A stretch of DNA of 64,000 nt from Vulcanimicrobiota bacterium (GTDB lineage Bacteria > Vulcanimicrobiota > Vulcanimicrobiia > Vulcanimicrobiales > Vulcanimicrobiaceae), in NCBI GenBank assembly GCA_963695225.1, contig OY968762.1, forward strand, positions 1,152,001 through 1,216,000. Direction: 5' to 3'. How positions within the stretch are numbered: the first letter of the stretch is position 1; each line of letters starts with the position of its first letter. The notes under the pieces were generated by a model that was given only the letters and a program-made list of their open reading frames with translations, did not search any database and was not told the DNA's origin. The position numbers and the translations under genes were made by a program. Shown here one piece after another: positions 18,442 through 27,787 of the stretch.

Positions 18442-20094
18442 TCAGATGTCGACGTTCATGAAGTCGTCGAACGCGGAGAGCTGGTTGGGGTGGAAGCCCC
18501 GCAAGTCGCTGTTATAGGCGTAGATGTCCTCCGCGATCGAGGTGACGAAAACGGGGACGTCGCGTGCGATCGCTTCCTGGATCTTGTAGCCGATCGGGCG
18601 GCGCGCGGCATCGTCGTAGGTTGCCTTGAAGCGTTCCATCAACGCGTCGGCCTCGCCGTTGCAGTAGCGTGGATCGTTCTGCCCGTTCGGCGGACGCTGC
18701 TTGCACTCGAAGAGCGTCGAGAGGTCGCCAAGCGGATCGCCGCTCCACTGGAAGCTGACGACGTCGAAGCGCCCGGCGTAGATGATCCCGCCCTGCGCGT
18801 ACGACGCGAACATCAACGGCGCCGGATAGTGCTTGAACGTCAAGTCGACGCCGATCGCCTTCCACCACGCGCGGATCAACTCGTTGCGCGCGTCCGTATC
18901 GGGCGCCCCTGTGCTCGTCGCGAACTCGAGCGCCAAACGGACGGCGCCCTTTGCGCGCACGCCGTCCGCCCCGAGCTTCCAGCCCGCGCTCTCGAGCAGC
19001 GCCGCAGCCTTCTTCGGATCGTACGCGGTGAAGCCGATCGAGGGATCGTGCGCGGGGTTCAACGGGGAGACGACGCCGTCTTGAAGGATCCCGATGCCGC
19101 GGCCGAGTTTGTCGCGCAGGGTCCTGCGATCGGTCGCGAGCATGAGCGCGCGGCGCACGGCGGGGTCTTTCAGCGCGGGATGCTCCAGATTGAAATCGAC
19201 GTGCCCCCAGTAGTAGCTCGGTTGCCGCAGGAGGGCGACCCCTGGGATCGTCTTGAGATCGTCATAGTAGCGCGACGCGACCGGGAGCCACAGGTCGATC
19301 TCGTGCGTGCGGAGTTGCGTGACGACCGTGTTGCGATCCGGGACGATCTTGAAGACGATCCGCTGCAGCTTCGGCAGCCCGCGGAAATACAGCGGGTTCG
19401 GTTCGAGCTCGATCGAGTCGGAGCGCCTCCAGAACTTGTACTTGAACGGTCCGATGCCGATCGGGAGCGCGTTGTAGGGCGCGGTGTTGATATCCGGGAG
19501 ATCGGCGAGCAAGTGCTTGGGGAGGATGCACGGGTTCGCGCCCGCGGTCGAAAAGAACGTGAAGATCGCCGGGACGTACGGCCGGCTCAAATGGAAGACG
19601 ACCGTGTACTTGTCGGGCTCGTCGATCTTCTGGATCAAATCCCAACCGTCGCGCCCAACCTCGTTATTCCTCGGATTCAGGACGACGCGCGTCGAGAAGA
19701 CGACGTCGTCGGCATCGAACGGCTGCCCGTCCGACCACTTGACGCCCTTGCGCAGGCGGTAGGTGATCGTCTTCCCGTCGGCGCTGATGCCGCCGTTGCG
19801 CTGCGTGGGCACTTCCGTCGCAAGCTCGGGGATCGGCTCGTTGTGCGGCCCCGTCTTGAAGAGGTACGCCATCGTCAGGGTCGAGAGGTAGTTCACGACC
19901 GTCTGCGTCGCGAGGTGGGGGTTGAGCCCCGTGATGTCCTCGGCGGTCGCATACCGCAAAACGTGCGGGATCGTGAAGGCGTTCGCTGCAGCCGCCGGCG
20001 CCGGGCGCGCGGCAGCCGCGGCGAAAGCGGCGAGCAGGAGCGCGGCGCGAACGCGGCGCGGCCGGGTGGAATGCAAGAGATCAAATATCAACAT
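18442..20094 (-). CDS. Peptide/nickel ABC transporter substrate-binding protein (family 5)
   Basis: LRKGVKWSDGQPFDADDVVFS, PIGIGPFK, VRRAL, AAALLESAGW; start uncertain. Confidence 0.92.
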   Translation of the reverse strand: MLIFDLLHSTRPRRVRAALLLAAFAAAAARPAPAAAANAFTIPHVLRYATAEDITGLNPHLATQTVVNYLSTLTMAYLFKTGPHNEPIPELATEVPTQRNGGISADGKTITYRLRKGVKWSDGQPFDADDVVFSTRVVLNPRNNEVGRDGWDLIQKIDEPDKYTVVFHLSRPYVPAIFTFFSTAGANPCILPKHLLADLPDINTAPYNALPIGIGPFKYKFWRRSDSIELEPNPLYFRGLPKLQRIVFKIVPDRNTVVTQLRTHEIDLWLPVASRYYDDLKTIPGVALLRQPSYYWGHVDFNLEHPALKDPAVRRALMLATDRRTLRDKLGRGIGILQDGVVSPLNPAHDPSIGFTAYDPKKAAALLESAGWKLGADGVRAKGAVRLALEFATSTGAPDTDARNELIRAWWKAIGVDLTFKHYPAPLMFASYAQGGIIYAGRFDVVSFQWSGDPLGDLSTLFECKQRPPNGQNDPRYCNGEADALMERFKATYDDAARRPIGYKIQEAIARDVPVFVTSIAEDIYAYNSDLRGFHPNQLSAFDDFMNVDI

Positions 20095-21718
20095 TCATCA
20101 CGTCATCGAAGGGTGCGATCGGGTTCGGGTGCCACCCCTTCAAATCCCGATTGAATGCGAAGATTTCCTTGCGCGAATCGAGGACGATCGTCGGAACGTC
20201 CTCGAAGATCCCGCGCTGCGCCCGCCGGATCAGCGGCAGCCGCTCGGCGGGATCGTACGTGATCTGCGACTTCGCAATCAGAGAGGAGACCTCGGGATTG
20301 CAATAGTGCAGCAGGTTCTGGCCGTCGGGCGGGAAGCGATTGCAGGCGTAGATGTTCGATAGGTCCGCGATCGTGTTCTGCCCCCAGGCGAACACCGCGA
20401 CGTCGAACTTCCCGGCGTACAGGATCCCGCCGGCCTGGTACGTGTTGAACATCAGCGACGGCAGGTAGCGTTTGACCGTGAGGTCGATGCCCACTTGCCG
20501 CCACCAGCCGCGCATCAGTTCGATCTGCGTATCGCTGTCGGGCGAACCGGTGAAGGCCGCGAATTCGAGCGCTAGGCGCTGCCCGCCCTTGGTGCGGATC
20601 CCGTCGGCCCCCGGCTTCCAACCGGCCGCGTCGAGAATCGCCCGCGCCTTCGCCAAATCGAACGGAACCAGGGCAATGTCCTTGTCGTAATACGAGCTCG
20701 CGACCGGGACGGTCGATTCCGAGAGCAGGTAGATGCCGTTGCGCACCTTGTCGTTGAGCGTCTTGCGGTCGGTCGCGTAGCGGATCGCCTCGCGCACCGC
20801 GCGGTCGCGCAAGATCGGGCGCGCGAGATTGAAATCGAGGTGGTCGAAATAGAAGCTCGGGATCGTCAGCACCGTCACGCCCTCGATCTTCTGCACGTCG
20901 GGGACGTAATGCGGGCTGACCGGCGTCCACAGATCGAGCTCGTGCGTGCGCAGTTGCTGCAAGACGGTATTCCGGTCGGGGATCAGCTTGAAGACGATCT
21001 TCTGCAGCTTCGGTGCGCCGCGGAAGTAATTCGGATCCGGGACCATCGTGACCGAGTCGCCGCGCTTCCAACTCTCGAACTTGAACGGCCCGATCCCGAC
21101 GGGGAGTCCGTTGTACGCAGCGTTGTTGACGTCGGCGACGCCCTCGAGCAGATGCTTGGGGACGATCGACGGATTCGCGCCGCCCGTGCTGAAGAACGTG
21201 ACCGCATACGCGGAGTACGGCGTCGTGAGATGATAGACGACCGTGTACTTGTCGGGCTCGTCGATCTTCTCGATGCGCTCCCAGCCCTCGCGGCTGATGA
21301 CGTTCGTCTTCGGATCGAGGATCAGCTTCGTCGAGAAAACGACGTCGTCGGCATCGAACGGCTGTCCGTCCGACCACTTCACGCCCTTGCGCAGATGCCA
21401 GGTGATCGTCTTCCCGTCCGCCGAGATGCCGCCGTTCTTCTGCGTCGGAATCTCCGTGACGAGTTCGGGGACCGTCGGATCGCCGCGTTCGTCCGTCTTG
21501 ATCAGGTTCGCCATCGTCATCGACGACATGTACAAGACGACGGCCTCGCTCGAGAACATCGGGTTGAGGCCCGTGATGTCCTCGGCGCTCGCGTAGCGCA
21601 GCACGTGGGGAACCGTGTACGGCGCCCGCGCCGCGCTCCCGGTTGCGGAACCGGAGGTCTCGACGCGCGTGCATGCGGCGAGGGCGGCGAGCGCAAGGCC
21701 GAGCACGATCTTCTTCAA
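20081..21718 (-). CDS. Peptide/nickel ABC transporter substrate-binding lipoprotein (family 5)
   Basis: Lipobox LAAC after TTG 21718 with GGAG RBS; same family-5 motifs. Confidence 0.92.
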   Translation of the reverse strand: MKKIVLGLALAALAACTRVETSGSATGSAARAPYTVPHVLRYASAEDITGLNPMFSSEAVVLYMSSMTMANLIKTDERGDPTVPELVTEIPTQKNGGISADGKTITWHLRKGVKWSDGQPFDADDVVFSTKLILDPKTNVISREGWERIEKIDEPDKYTVVYHLTTPYSAYAVTFFSTGGANPSIVPKHLLEGVADVNNAAYNGLPVGIGPFKFESWKRGDSVTMVPDPNYFRGAPKLQKIVFKLIPDRNTVLQQLRTHELDLWTPVSPHYVPDVQKIEGVTVLTIPSFYFDHLDFNLARPILRDRAVREAIRYATDRKTLNDKVRNGIYLLSESTVPVASSYYDKDIALVPFDLAKARAILDAAGWKPGADGIRTKGGQRLALEFAAFTGSPDSDTQIELMRGWWRQVGIDLTVKRYLPSLMFNTYQAGGILYAGKFDVAVFAWGQNTIADLSNIYACNRFPPDGQNLLHYCNPEVSSLIAKSQITYDPAERLPLIRRAQRGIFEDVPTIVLDSRKEIFAFNRDLKGWHPNPIAPFDDVMNVDI

Positions 21719-21844
21719 TATCTCCCGCTCCCGTGATCGAACGACGTCATCCCCCGAACCGCCGGGGTCCGTGTGATCATTGAAGGCGTCGGAGAAAACC
21801 CCTCGACGCAAGCCGGAAATGCGGGATCGAACGGCCGGAGACGG

Positions 21845-21872
21845 GCGAAGGCCCGCCGGTGCGGGCCTTCGC
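21845..21872 (-). terminator. 12-bp hairpin, putative terminator or stability element
   Basis: GCGAAGGCCCGC-CGGT-GCGGGCCTTCGC just after the stop of 21893-22183. Confidence 0.55.
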
Positions 21873-21892
21873 GGGTTCATTCGGGGGAGGCG

Positions 21893-22183
21893 CTATGCTT
21901 TCACGAGGTTGACGACTTCGAATCCCGTCTCCTGAGGCGGCGAGCCGAAACCGCCGGGGATGCCCTTGCCCATGGCCGGCATCAGCGTGCCGTCGCGGAA
22001 CCGCTCCCAACTCTCTTTGGAATCGTGAACGGCGATGATCGTCCAGCCGCCCGGCGAAGCGCCTGCCGCGTGAAACAACTGCCCCTTCGGCAGGACGTCG
22101 CGTGCCGGATGGACGGCGGCGATCGACGCTTCGTACTGGTCTTTCGTGCCGCCCGGAAAGAAATGCACGATCCCGTAGGCCAT
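21893..22183 (-). CDS. Small hypothetical protein (96 aa), possibly ABM-like dimeric alpha/beta barrel
   Basis: AGGAGG RBS, ATG 22183; LFHAAG...WTIIAVHDSKESWERF pattern. Confidence 0.75.
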   Translation of the reverse strand: MAYGIVHFFPGGTKDQYEASIAAVHPARDVLPKGQLFHAAGASPGGWTIIAVHDSKESWERFRDGTLMPAMGKGIPGGFGSPPQETGFEVVNLVKA

Positions 22184-22377
22184 TCTGTTCCTCCTGATCA
22201 AGCGTTTGAGCGGTAAGAGTCTGGATCGACGGCCGCGTCCGTTCGGCGGCGCGCCGCGCGTCCCAGCCCTAAGCGAGAGGGCGCAATCTCGCTCCATCCC
22301 CTCGCGCCCCGAGGGGCCCACACTTTCTCGAGCTCGGAGCCGCGCCGGCGGCGGGCCAGGCCACGGTCACTCAGGGA

Positions 22378-22528
22378 GCGGGCGGGGCGGGGCGACGCTC
22401 TCCCGCGGGGCGTGCAGCTTGCCCGCGGAGCCACGATGGCGGGAGCGGGCAAGTGCACGAGTAGCGATTTCGCATGGATGCGAAATCGCGGGCGTCCCCG
22501 CGGGAGAGCGTCGCCCCGCACCGCCCGC
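22378..22528. repeat. Branched palindromic element (REPIN/MITE-like or structured RNA)
   Basis: 33-bp inverted repeat (22378-22410 with 22496-22528, one mismatch) enclosing two hairpins. Confidence 0.75.
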
Positions 22529-22578
22529 GGGCCCAGCGATCAGGCCGACGAGCTGAGGGTAACTTGAGTGTCATGCGC

Positions 22579-24252
22579 TCAGAGCGAGTAGGCGTGCGGG
22601 TTCCAGAACGGGGAGATCACGGAGGACGTGCTGTAACCGGCGAGGTCGGCGTTGCGCACGAGCGGTTCGCGCCGGAAGAATAGCACGATCGACGGGACGT
22701 CGCTCGCGAAGCGCCGCTGTTCGAGTTGCGAGAACGCCTTCCGCTTGACCGGATCGACCGTGGCGAGGCCGTCGTCCATCGCCTTGGTCGCGAGCGGATC
22801 GTCCCAAAACAGCGCGTTCTGCCCGTGCGGGGCGAAGTTGTGCGCGGAGTAGATCGCGCTGTCGTCCGGGTCGGCCGCCCCGCCCCAAGCGAAGCTCGCG
22901 ACGTCGTAATGCCCGCCCTGGAGCGTGCCGTTCGCGGTGTTGTCGTACATTTGCGCGGTCGGAACGTTCTTCACGGAGACGTCGGCGCCGATGTCGTGCC
23001 ATTGGCGCTGCACGAGAACCTCGATCGCGCGCCCGCCGGTGCTCTCGGTCGCGGTCGTGTAGGTGAAGGCGAGCCGCTCGCCGTGCTTGACCCGGATGCC
23101 GTCGGGTCCGGCTTTCCAACCGAGCGCATCCAGCAACGCTTTCGCCTTCTCGGGAGCGTAATCGAAGTGATCCGTATCGGCGGTGTACGCCCACGAGAGA
23201 CGCGGCGACTGCGCGACGTCCGTGAGGTCTCCGAGCCCGTGGTCGATCTTCTCGAGGATCTCGCGCCGGTCGATCCCCAGCGCGAGCGCGCGCCGCAAGC
23301 GCACGTCCGCAAAGAGCGGCCTGCGCAAATTGAAGTCGATGTGGTCGTAGGTAAAAACCGGCTCGGCCTCCGTCAGCATGCCGGGAACGTTCTGCACTTG
23401 AGGCCATAAGGAGCCGCCGAGGTGGACGGCAACGTCGATCTCGTGCGTGCGCAGTTGCGCGACCATCGTGTTGTCGTCGGGAAAGATCTTGAAGACGACC
23501 GTGCGGATCTTCGGGGCGCCTAGGTAGTAGCGGTCGTACGCCTCGAGCTTGATCGACGCACCGCGCTGCCAGTTCACGACCTTATAGGGTCCGCTGCCGA
23601 CGGGCGCCGACTGATAGGCGGCCGTGTTGAACGAGCCCGCATCGTCGTTGAACTTCTCGAGGAGATGCGCCGGCAGGATCGGCGCGTTCCCGTTGACGCC
23701 CCATAACTGCTGCAAGAAGGGCGCGTAGATCCGCTTCATGTGGACGACGGCGACGAGCGGGTCGCGGCAGTCGATGCTCGCGATATCCTTGTAGCCGTCG
23801 GTCGTGACGACGTTGTTGTGCGGATTCATCACCGCCTTCCAAGTGAAGGCGAGGTCCCGGCACGTGACGGGCTCGCCGTCATGCCACGTCATGTTCGGGC
23901 GCAGCTTGTATTTGAGCGTCAGGCCGTCTTTGGCGACGTCGCCGTTCTCGAGCGTCGGCAACTCGCGCAGCGCGTCCGGGACGGGCTTCGCCTTATCGTC
24001 GTAGCGAACGGCATACGAGAAGACGAACATCGAAAGATCGAGCGTCATCGCGCTGGTCGCGAGCATCGGGTTGAGCGATTTCGCGTCCTGCCCTTCGCCG
24101 ATGACCAAGCGGTCCGCGTTCGTCCAGGGATTCCGCGCGGCGGAGGAGCCGGGGGCTACGGCGTTCTGCGTTTCGACCTTCGTGCAACCGGTTGCGATCA
24201 ACGCCGCGAGGAGCCCGCCGGCGAGGCGGGCCCGCCACGGCGCGTCAGCCAA
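22579..24252 (-). CDS. Peptide/nickel ABC transporter substrate-binding lipoprotein (family 5)
   Basis: ATGC lipobox-like site, WHDGEPVT, PVGSGPYK; TTG 24252 overlaps upstream stop. Confidence 0.9.
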   Translation of the reverse strand: MADAPWRARLAGGLLAALIATGCTKVETQNAVAPGSSAARNPWTNADRLVIGEGQDAKSLNPMLATSAMTLDLSMFVFSYAVRYDDKAKPVPDALRELPTLENGDVAKDGLTLKYKLRPNMTWHDGEPVTCRDLAFTWKAVMNPHNNVVTTDGYKDIASIDCRDPLVAVVHMKRIYAPFLQQLWGVNGNAPILPAHLLEKFNDDAGSFNTAAYQSAPVGSGPYKVVNWQRGASIKLEAYDRYYLGAPKIRTVVFKIFPDDNTMVAQLRTHEIDVAVHLGGSLWPQVQNVPGMLTEAEPVFTYDHIDFNLRRPLFADVRLRRALALGIDRREILEKIDHGLGDLTDVAQSPRLSWAYTADTDHFDYAPEKAKALLDALGWKAGPDGIRVKHGERLAFTYTTATESTGGRAIEVLVQRQWHDIGADVSVKNVPTAQMYDNTANGTLQGGHYDVASFAWGGAADPDDSAIYSAHNFAPHGQNALFWDDPLATKAMDDGLATVDPVKRKAFSQLEQRRFASDVPSIVLFFRREPLVRNADLAGYSTSSVISPFWNPHAYSL

Positions 24253-25378
24253 TCCGCATGCTCTCCGGGTCGATTCCGTGCTTGCGGCAGAAGTCCGCGT
24301 ACGCAAGCGGCGAGATCTCGGAAGGCTTGATCTCGCTGCGCCCGCCCCAGAAGACGTTCGTGTAGCCGATCTCGATGCCGGCTTCACGCAAGTGCTCGTC
24401 GATCGCGGCCTTGTGCGCGAGCACGAGTTGCTTGTCGGTCCCGTGCGCGACGCCCATCACGTTGACGTTGCGAAACTCCTCGCCGCCTTCGCGCCAGTAG
24501 GCGTGCGTCATGACGTGATGCCGCCCCACCTCGCGGCCGGCGTCGATCTCGCGCCCAGCCGGCACCTGCCAGTGGAAGAGTGCGTTGTAGCGCGTGACGC
24601 GCTCGCTTCCCGCCGTCGGCTTGACGTGTTCGAGGAACGTCGAGAAGCGGCCGATCACCTTGCGCTCGTGCAACGACTGCGCTACATCGCAGAACGATTC
24701 GAGATCTTCCCCGGCTTCCCGTGCGCGCGCGGCCCAGATGTCGCGCACGAACTCTTCGGGTTCGAACTCGCGCTTGAGCGCGGTCAGCACGCGCCATTCG
24801 CGGTCGGTCAACTCGACGATGTTCGTGTAGACTTCATCGGCGAGAACGTCGGCGCGGCTGCCGGGCTCGAGCCCCTTGCGCCGCACGTGCCCGACGCCGA
24901 GCGCGAAGAGGCGCTTCGCCGGCATCAAGCGGACGGCGTCGGCGCCGATCGTCGTGCGGAGGAACTCCGCGTGCTTCTCGATCGAGTAGCCTTGCGGCAC
25001 TTTCAGCGTCGTCCAGAGGCGATACTTCGCGCCCGGAGTCGCCGGGTCGGCCGTCCGGATGACGACGTGCCCCGAGAACGGATCCTCGCGGTAGAGATAA
25101 TCGAACGCCGCGTCCAGCTTGTTCTCGGTGACGACCCAGGCGACGAGCGCGCCGTCGGCGAGGTTCGTCGCCATCAACGTCTGCCGGACGCGCCGGATCA
25201 CGCCGGCCGAGAGCATCGCCCGGATGCGCTCGATCACGGTCTCGGCCGGCACGCCCGATAGCTCGGCGATCGACCCGACCGGATCCCGTTGGAACCCCTG
25301 GATGCGGTCCTCGGAGACGCTAAGGATCTTCGTATTGATCGGGTCGCCGATGGCGACGGGTACTTCGACTACGCCCAT
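24245..25378 (-). CDS. Fused Lrp/AsnC-like siroheme decarboxylase (AhbA/B, NirDL-like)
   Basis: Two HTH+RAM repeats, GVIRR, ALVAW, HVVIR and THAYWR His motifs. Confidence 0.72.
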   Translation of the reverse strand: MGVVEVPVAIGDPINTKILSVSEDRIQGFQRDPVGSIAELSGVPAETVIERIRAMLSAGVIRRVRQTLMATNLADGALVAWVVTENKLDAAFDYLYREDPFSGHVVIRTADPATPGAKYRLWTTLKVPQGYSIEKHAEFLRTTIGADAVRLMPAKRLFALGVGHVRRKGLEPGSRADVLADEVYTNIVELTDREWRVLTALKREFEPEEFVRDIWAARAREAGEDLESFCDVAQSLHERKVIGRFSTFLEHVKPTAGSERVTRYNALFHWQVPAGREIDAGREVGRHHVMTHAYWREGGEEFRNVNVMGVAHGTDKQLVLAHKAAIDEHLREAGIEIGYTNVFWGGRSEIKPSEISPLAYADFCRKHGIDPESMRIG

Positions 25379-25552
25379 AATGGCGTCTTACTTCTCACCC
25401 GGGAGGCGAAGCCCCGCAGCAGGCGCCCCGCCGCGGCAATCCCCGAGTATCAGGATATGAAGCACGCTTGCAGTTTGATACTTTAGAAACGGCAGCCACT
25501 GCCGCGGGTCCGCACCGGAGGCGTCTGGCGCAGCGATCGTGGGCGTACGGAT

Positions 25553-27775
25553 ATGAAAAAGCAGCATCTTCCTCTTCCGTCTGCGGTCATAGCGACCGCA
25601 GACGGCAAGCCCGCGAGAACGGTGGAGACCGGCCACGCGGCGCCCGCTCTCGAGAGGCAGGGGCACGAGCTTGCGAGCGTGCCCTCGCTCGATCCGGCGC
25701 AGCGGACGACGGACCAGCTCTACCGCTTCCTCGTCGAGAGCGTTACCGACTATGCGATCTTCGCGGTATCGCCAAGCGGGATCGTCGTGAGTTGGAACCC
25801 CGGCGCCGAGCATGCGTTCGGATACCGGCGCGACCAGATCGTGGGCAGCAACTTCGAGGTCATCTTCACGGCGGAAGACCGCGCAGCCGGCGTTCCGAAG
25901 GGGGAACTGCGCACGGCCGAGGTCGCAGGCCGGACGGATATCGAGTGTTGGCACGTCCGAAGCGACGGAAGCCGCTTCCGTTGCGCGAACACCGTGCAGC
26001 CGTTACGCGACGCCGGCGGCAGCATCACGGGCTTCACGAAGATCGTCCGAGACATCACGGAGCGCTACCTCGCAACGGAGGCTCTGCGCGCTAGCGAGGA
26101 GCGCCTGCGCTTGATGCTCGAGAGCGTCCACGATTATGCGCTTTACTCGCTCTCCCCGCGCGGAACGGTTACGCTCTGGAACATGGGAGCAGAACGACTC
26201 TACGGCTATTCCGAAAAGGAGATGCTCGGACAGAATCATGCGAGACTCTTCACGCTCGAGGATACCGAAGCCGGGATCCCCGCGCTCGAGCTGCGCCGGG
26301 CCGCGGTGCTGGGCAATTTCGCCGACGAGCGCTGGAACGTTCGCAAGGACGGCACTCGCTTCTTCGCGAGCGGGAAGGTGACGCAGATCGATGCAGCCCC
26401 GTTGGGCGACGTCGCACGCGGTTTCGTCAAGGTTTCGCACGACATCACCGAGCGCAGGCGGCTCGAGAGCGAGCTGCGCCACGAGGCGTTCCACGATGCG
26501 CTGACGGGGCTTCCGAATCGAGGCCTCTTGCTGGAGCACCTGACGCGTTTGCTCGCGCGCACGAGGCGGCATAAGCCGGAGTCGTTCGGTCTGCTCTTTT
26601 TCGACGTCGACAACTTCAAACTTGTCAACGATACGTTCGGTCACATCCTCGCCGACCGGCTGCTGATCGAGATCGCACGCCGCATATCGGCCACGATTCG
26701 CCCGGAGGACATTCTGGCGAGACTCGGCGGAGACGAATTCGGCATCCTGATCGGCGATCTCGAAGAGACCGGCGAAGCGATTCTCGTCGCCGAGCGGATC
26801 CAGGCCGCTCTGGCCGTTCCGTTCCAGATCGAAGAGCATGAAGTCACCGCGACGGCGAGCCTCGGGATTGCAATCGGGTCCGCAGCGTACGCGCGCCCCG
26901 AGCACGTGTTACGCGATGCCGATATCGCGATGTACGAGGCGAAGGCGGCAGGGCGCGCGCGGTACGCCGTTTTCGATGCGTCGATGCGCGAGCGCGTCGT
27001 CGCGCTCCAAACGATCGAAGCGGAATTGAACCGCGCGCTCGATCGGCATGAATTTCGCGTCGCATACCAGCCGATCGTCGTGCTCGAGACCTCGAACGTC
27101 GTCGGTTTCGAGGCGCTGGTCCGCTGGCAGCACCCCACGCGCGGCTTCTTACCCGCCGCGGAGTTCGTCCCCGCCGCCGAGGCGGCCGGGCTCATCACGG
27201 CGATCGATCGCTGGGTGCTGCAGCGCGCCTGCGAGCAGGTGAGAAGCCGAAGCGCCTCGAGCGGGATCGCCCCGATCCTCAGCGTCAACCTTTCGAGCCG
27301 GGACTTCCTAGACGCGGATCTCGTAGCGCACGTGCAAGGGATCCTGCACGCGACCGGCATTCGAGCGACGGACCTGAAGTTCGAGATCACCGAAAGCGCA
27401 TTGATGGATCGCTCGACGCTCGTGACGACGCTGCTGGCGAACCTGCGTGCCCTAGGGATCGAGTTCTACATCGACGATTTCGGAACCGGCTACTCCTCGC
27501 TGAGCTATCTGCGGCACCTCCCTGTGAGCATGCTCAAGATCGACCGCTCGTTCGTGGAAACGATGACCTCCGATCCCGGGGGTGCGGAGGTCGTGCGCGC
27601 GATCGTGTCGCTCGCTCACACGCTCGAACTCAAGGTCGTCGCGGAAGGTATCGAGACGCACGCGGAACTCGATGCCCTCCGGGCGCTGGGCTGCGACTTC
27701 GGCCAAGGCTTCTATTTCTCTAAAGGCCTCGACTGGAACGAAGCGGGTGAGATGCTCGGCCGGACGCTGCCGTAA
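25553..27775 (+). CDS. PAS-PAS-GGDEF-EAL diguanylate cyclase/phosphodiesterase
   Basis: Two PAS/PAC repeats, HDALTGLPNR, GGDEF, YQP..EAL, DDFGTGYSS, KID, AEG. Confidence 0.95.
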   Translation: MKKQHLPLPSAVIATADGKPARTVETGHAAPALERQGHELASVPSLDPAQRTTDQLYRFLVESVTDYAIFAVSPSGIVVSWNPGAEHAFGYRRDQIVGSNFEVIFTAEDRAAGVPKGELRTAEVAGRTDIECWHVRSDGSRFRCANTVQPLRDAGGSITGFTKIVRDITERYLATEALRASEERLRLMLESVHDYALYSLSPRGTVTLWNMGAERLYGYSEKEMLGQNHARLFTLEDTEAGIPALELRRAAVLGNFADERWNVRKDGTRFFASGKVTQIDAAPLGDVARGFVKVSHDITERRRLESELRHEAFHDALTGLPNRGLLLEHLTRLLARTRRHKPESFGLLFFDVDNFKLVNDTFGHILADRLLIEIARRISATIRPEDILARLGGDEFGILIGDLEETGEAILVAERIQAALAVPFQIEEHEVTATASLGIAIGSAAYARPEHVLRDADIAMYEAKAAGRARYAVFDASMRERVVALQTIEAELNRALDRHEFRVAYQPIVVLETSNVVGFEALVRWQHPTRGFLPAAEFVPAAEAAGLITAIDRWVLQRACEQVRSRSASSGIAPILSVNLSSRDFLDADLVAHVQGILHATGIRATDLKFEITESALMDRSTLVTTLLANLRALGIEFYIDDFGTGYSSLSYLRHLPVSMLKIDRSFVETMTSDPGGAEVVRAIVSLAHTLELKVVAEGIETHAELDALRALGCDFGQGFYFSKGLDWNEAGEMLGRTLP

Positions 27776-27787
27776 GATCCGAGCGCG

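Noticed and set aside
18490..20154. 554-aa plus-strand ORF
   Set aside because: Antisense shadow of the family-5 SBP, typical of high-GC DNA
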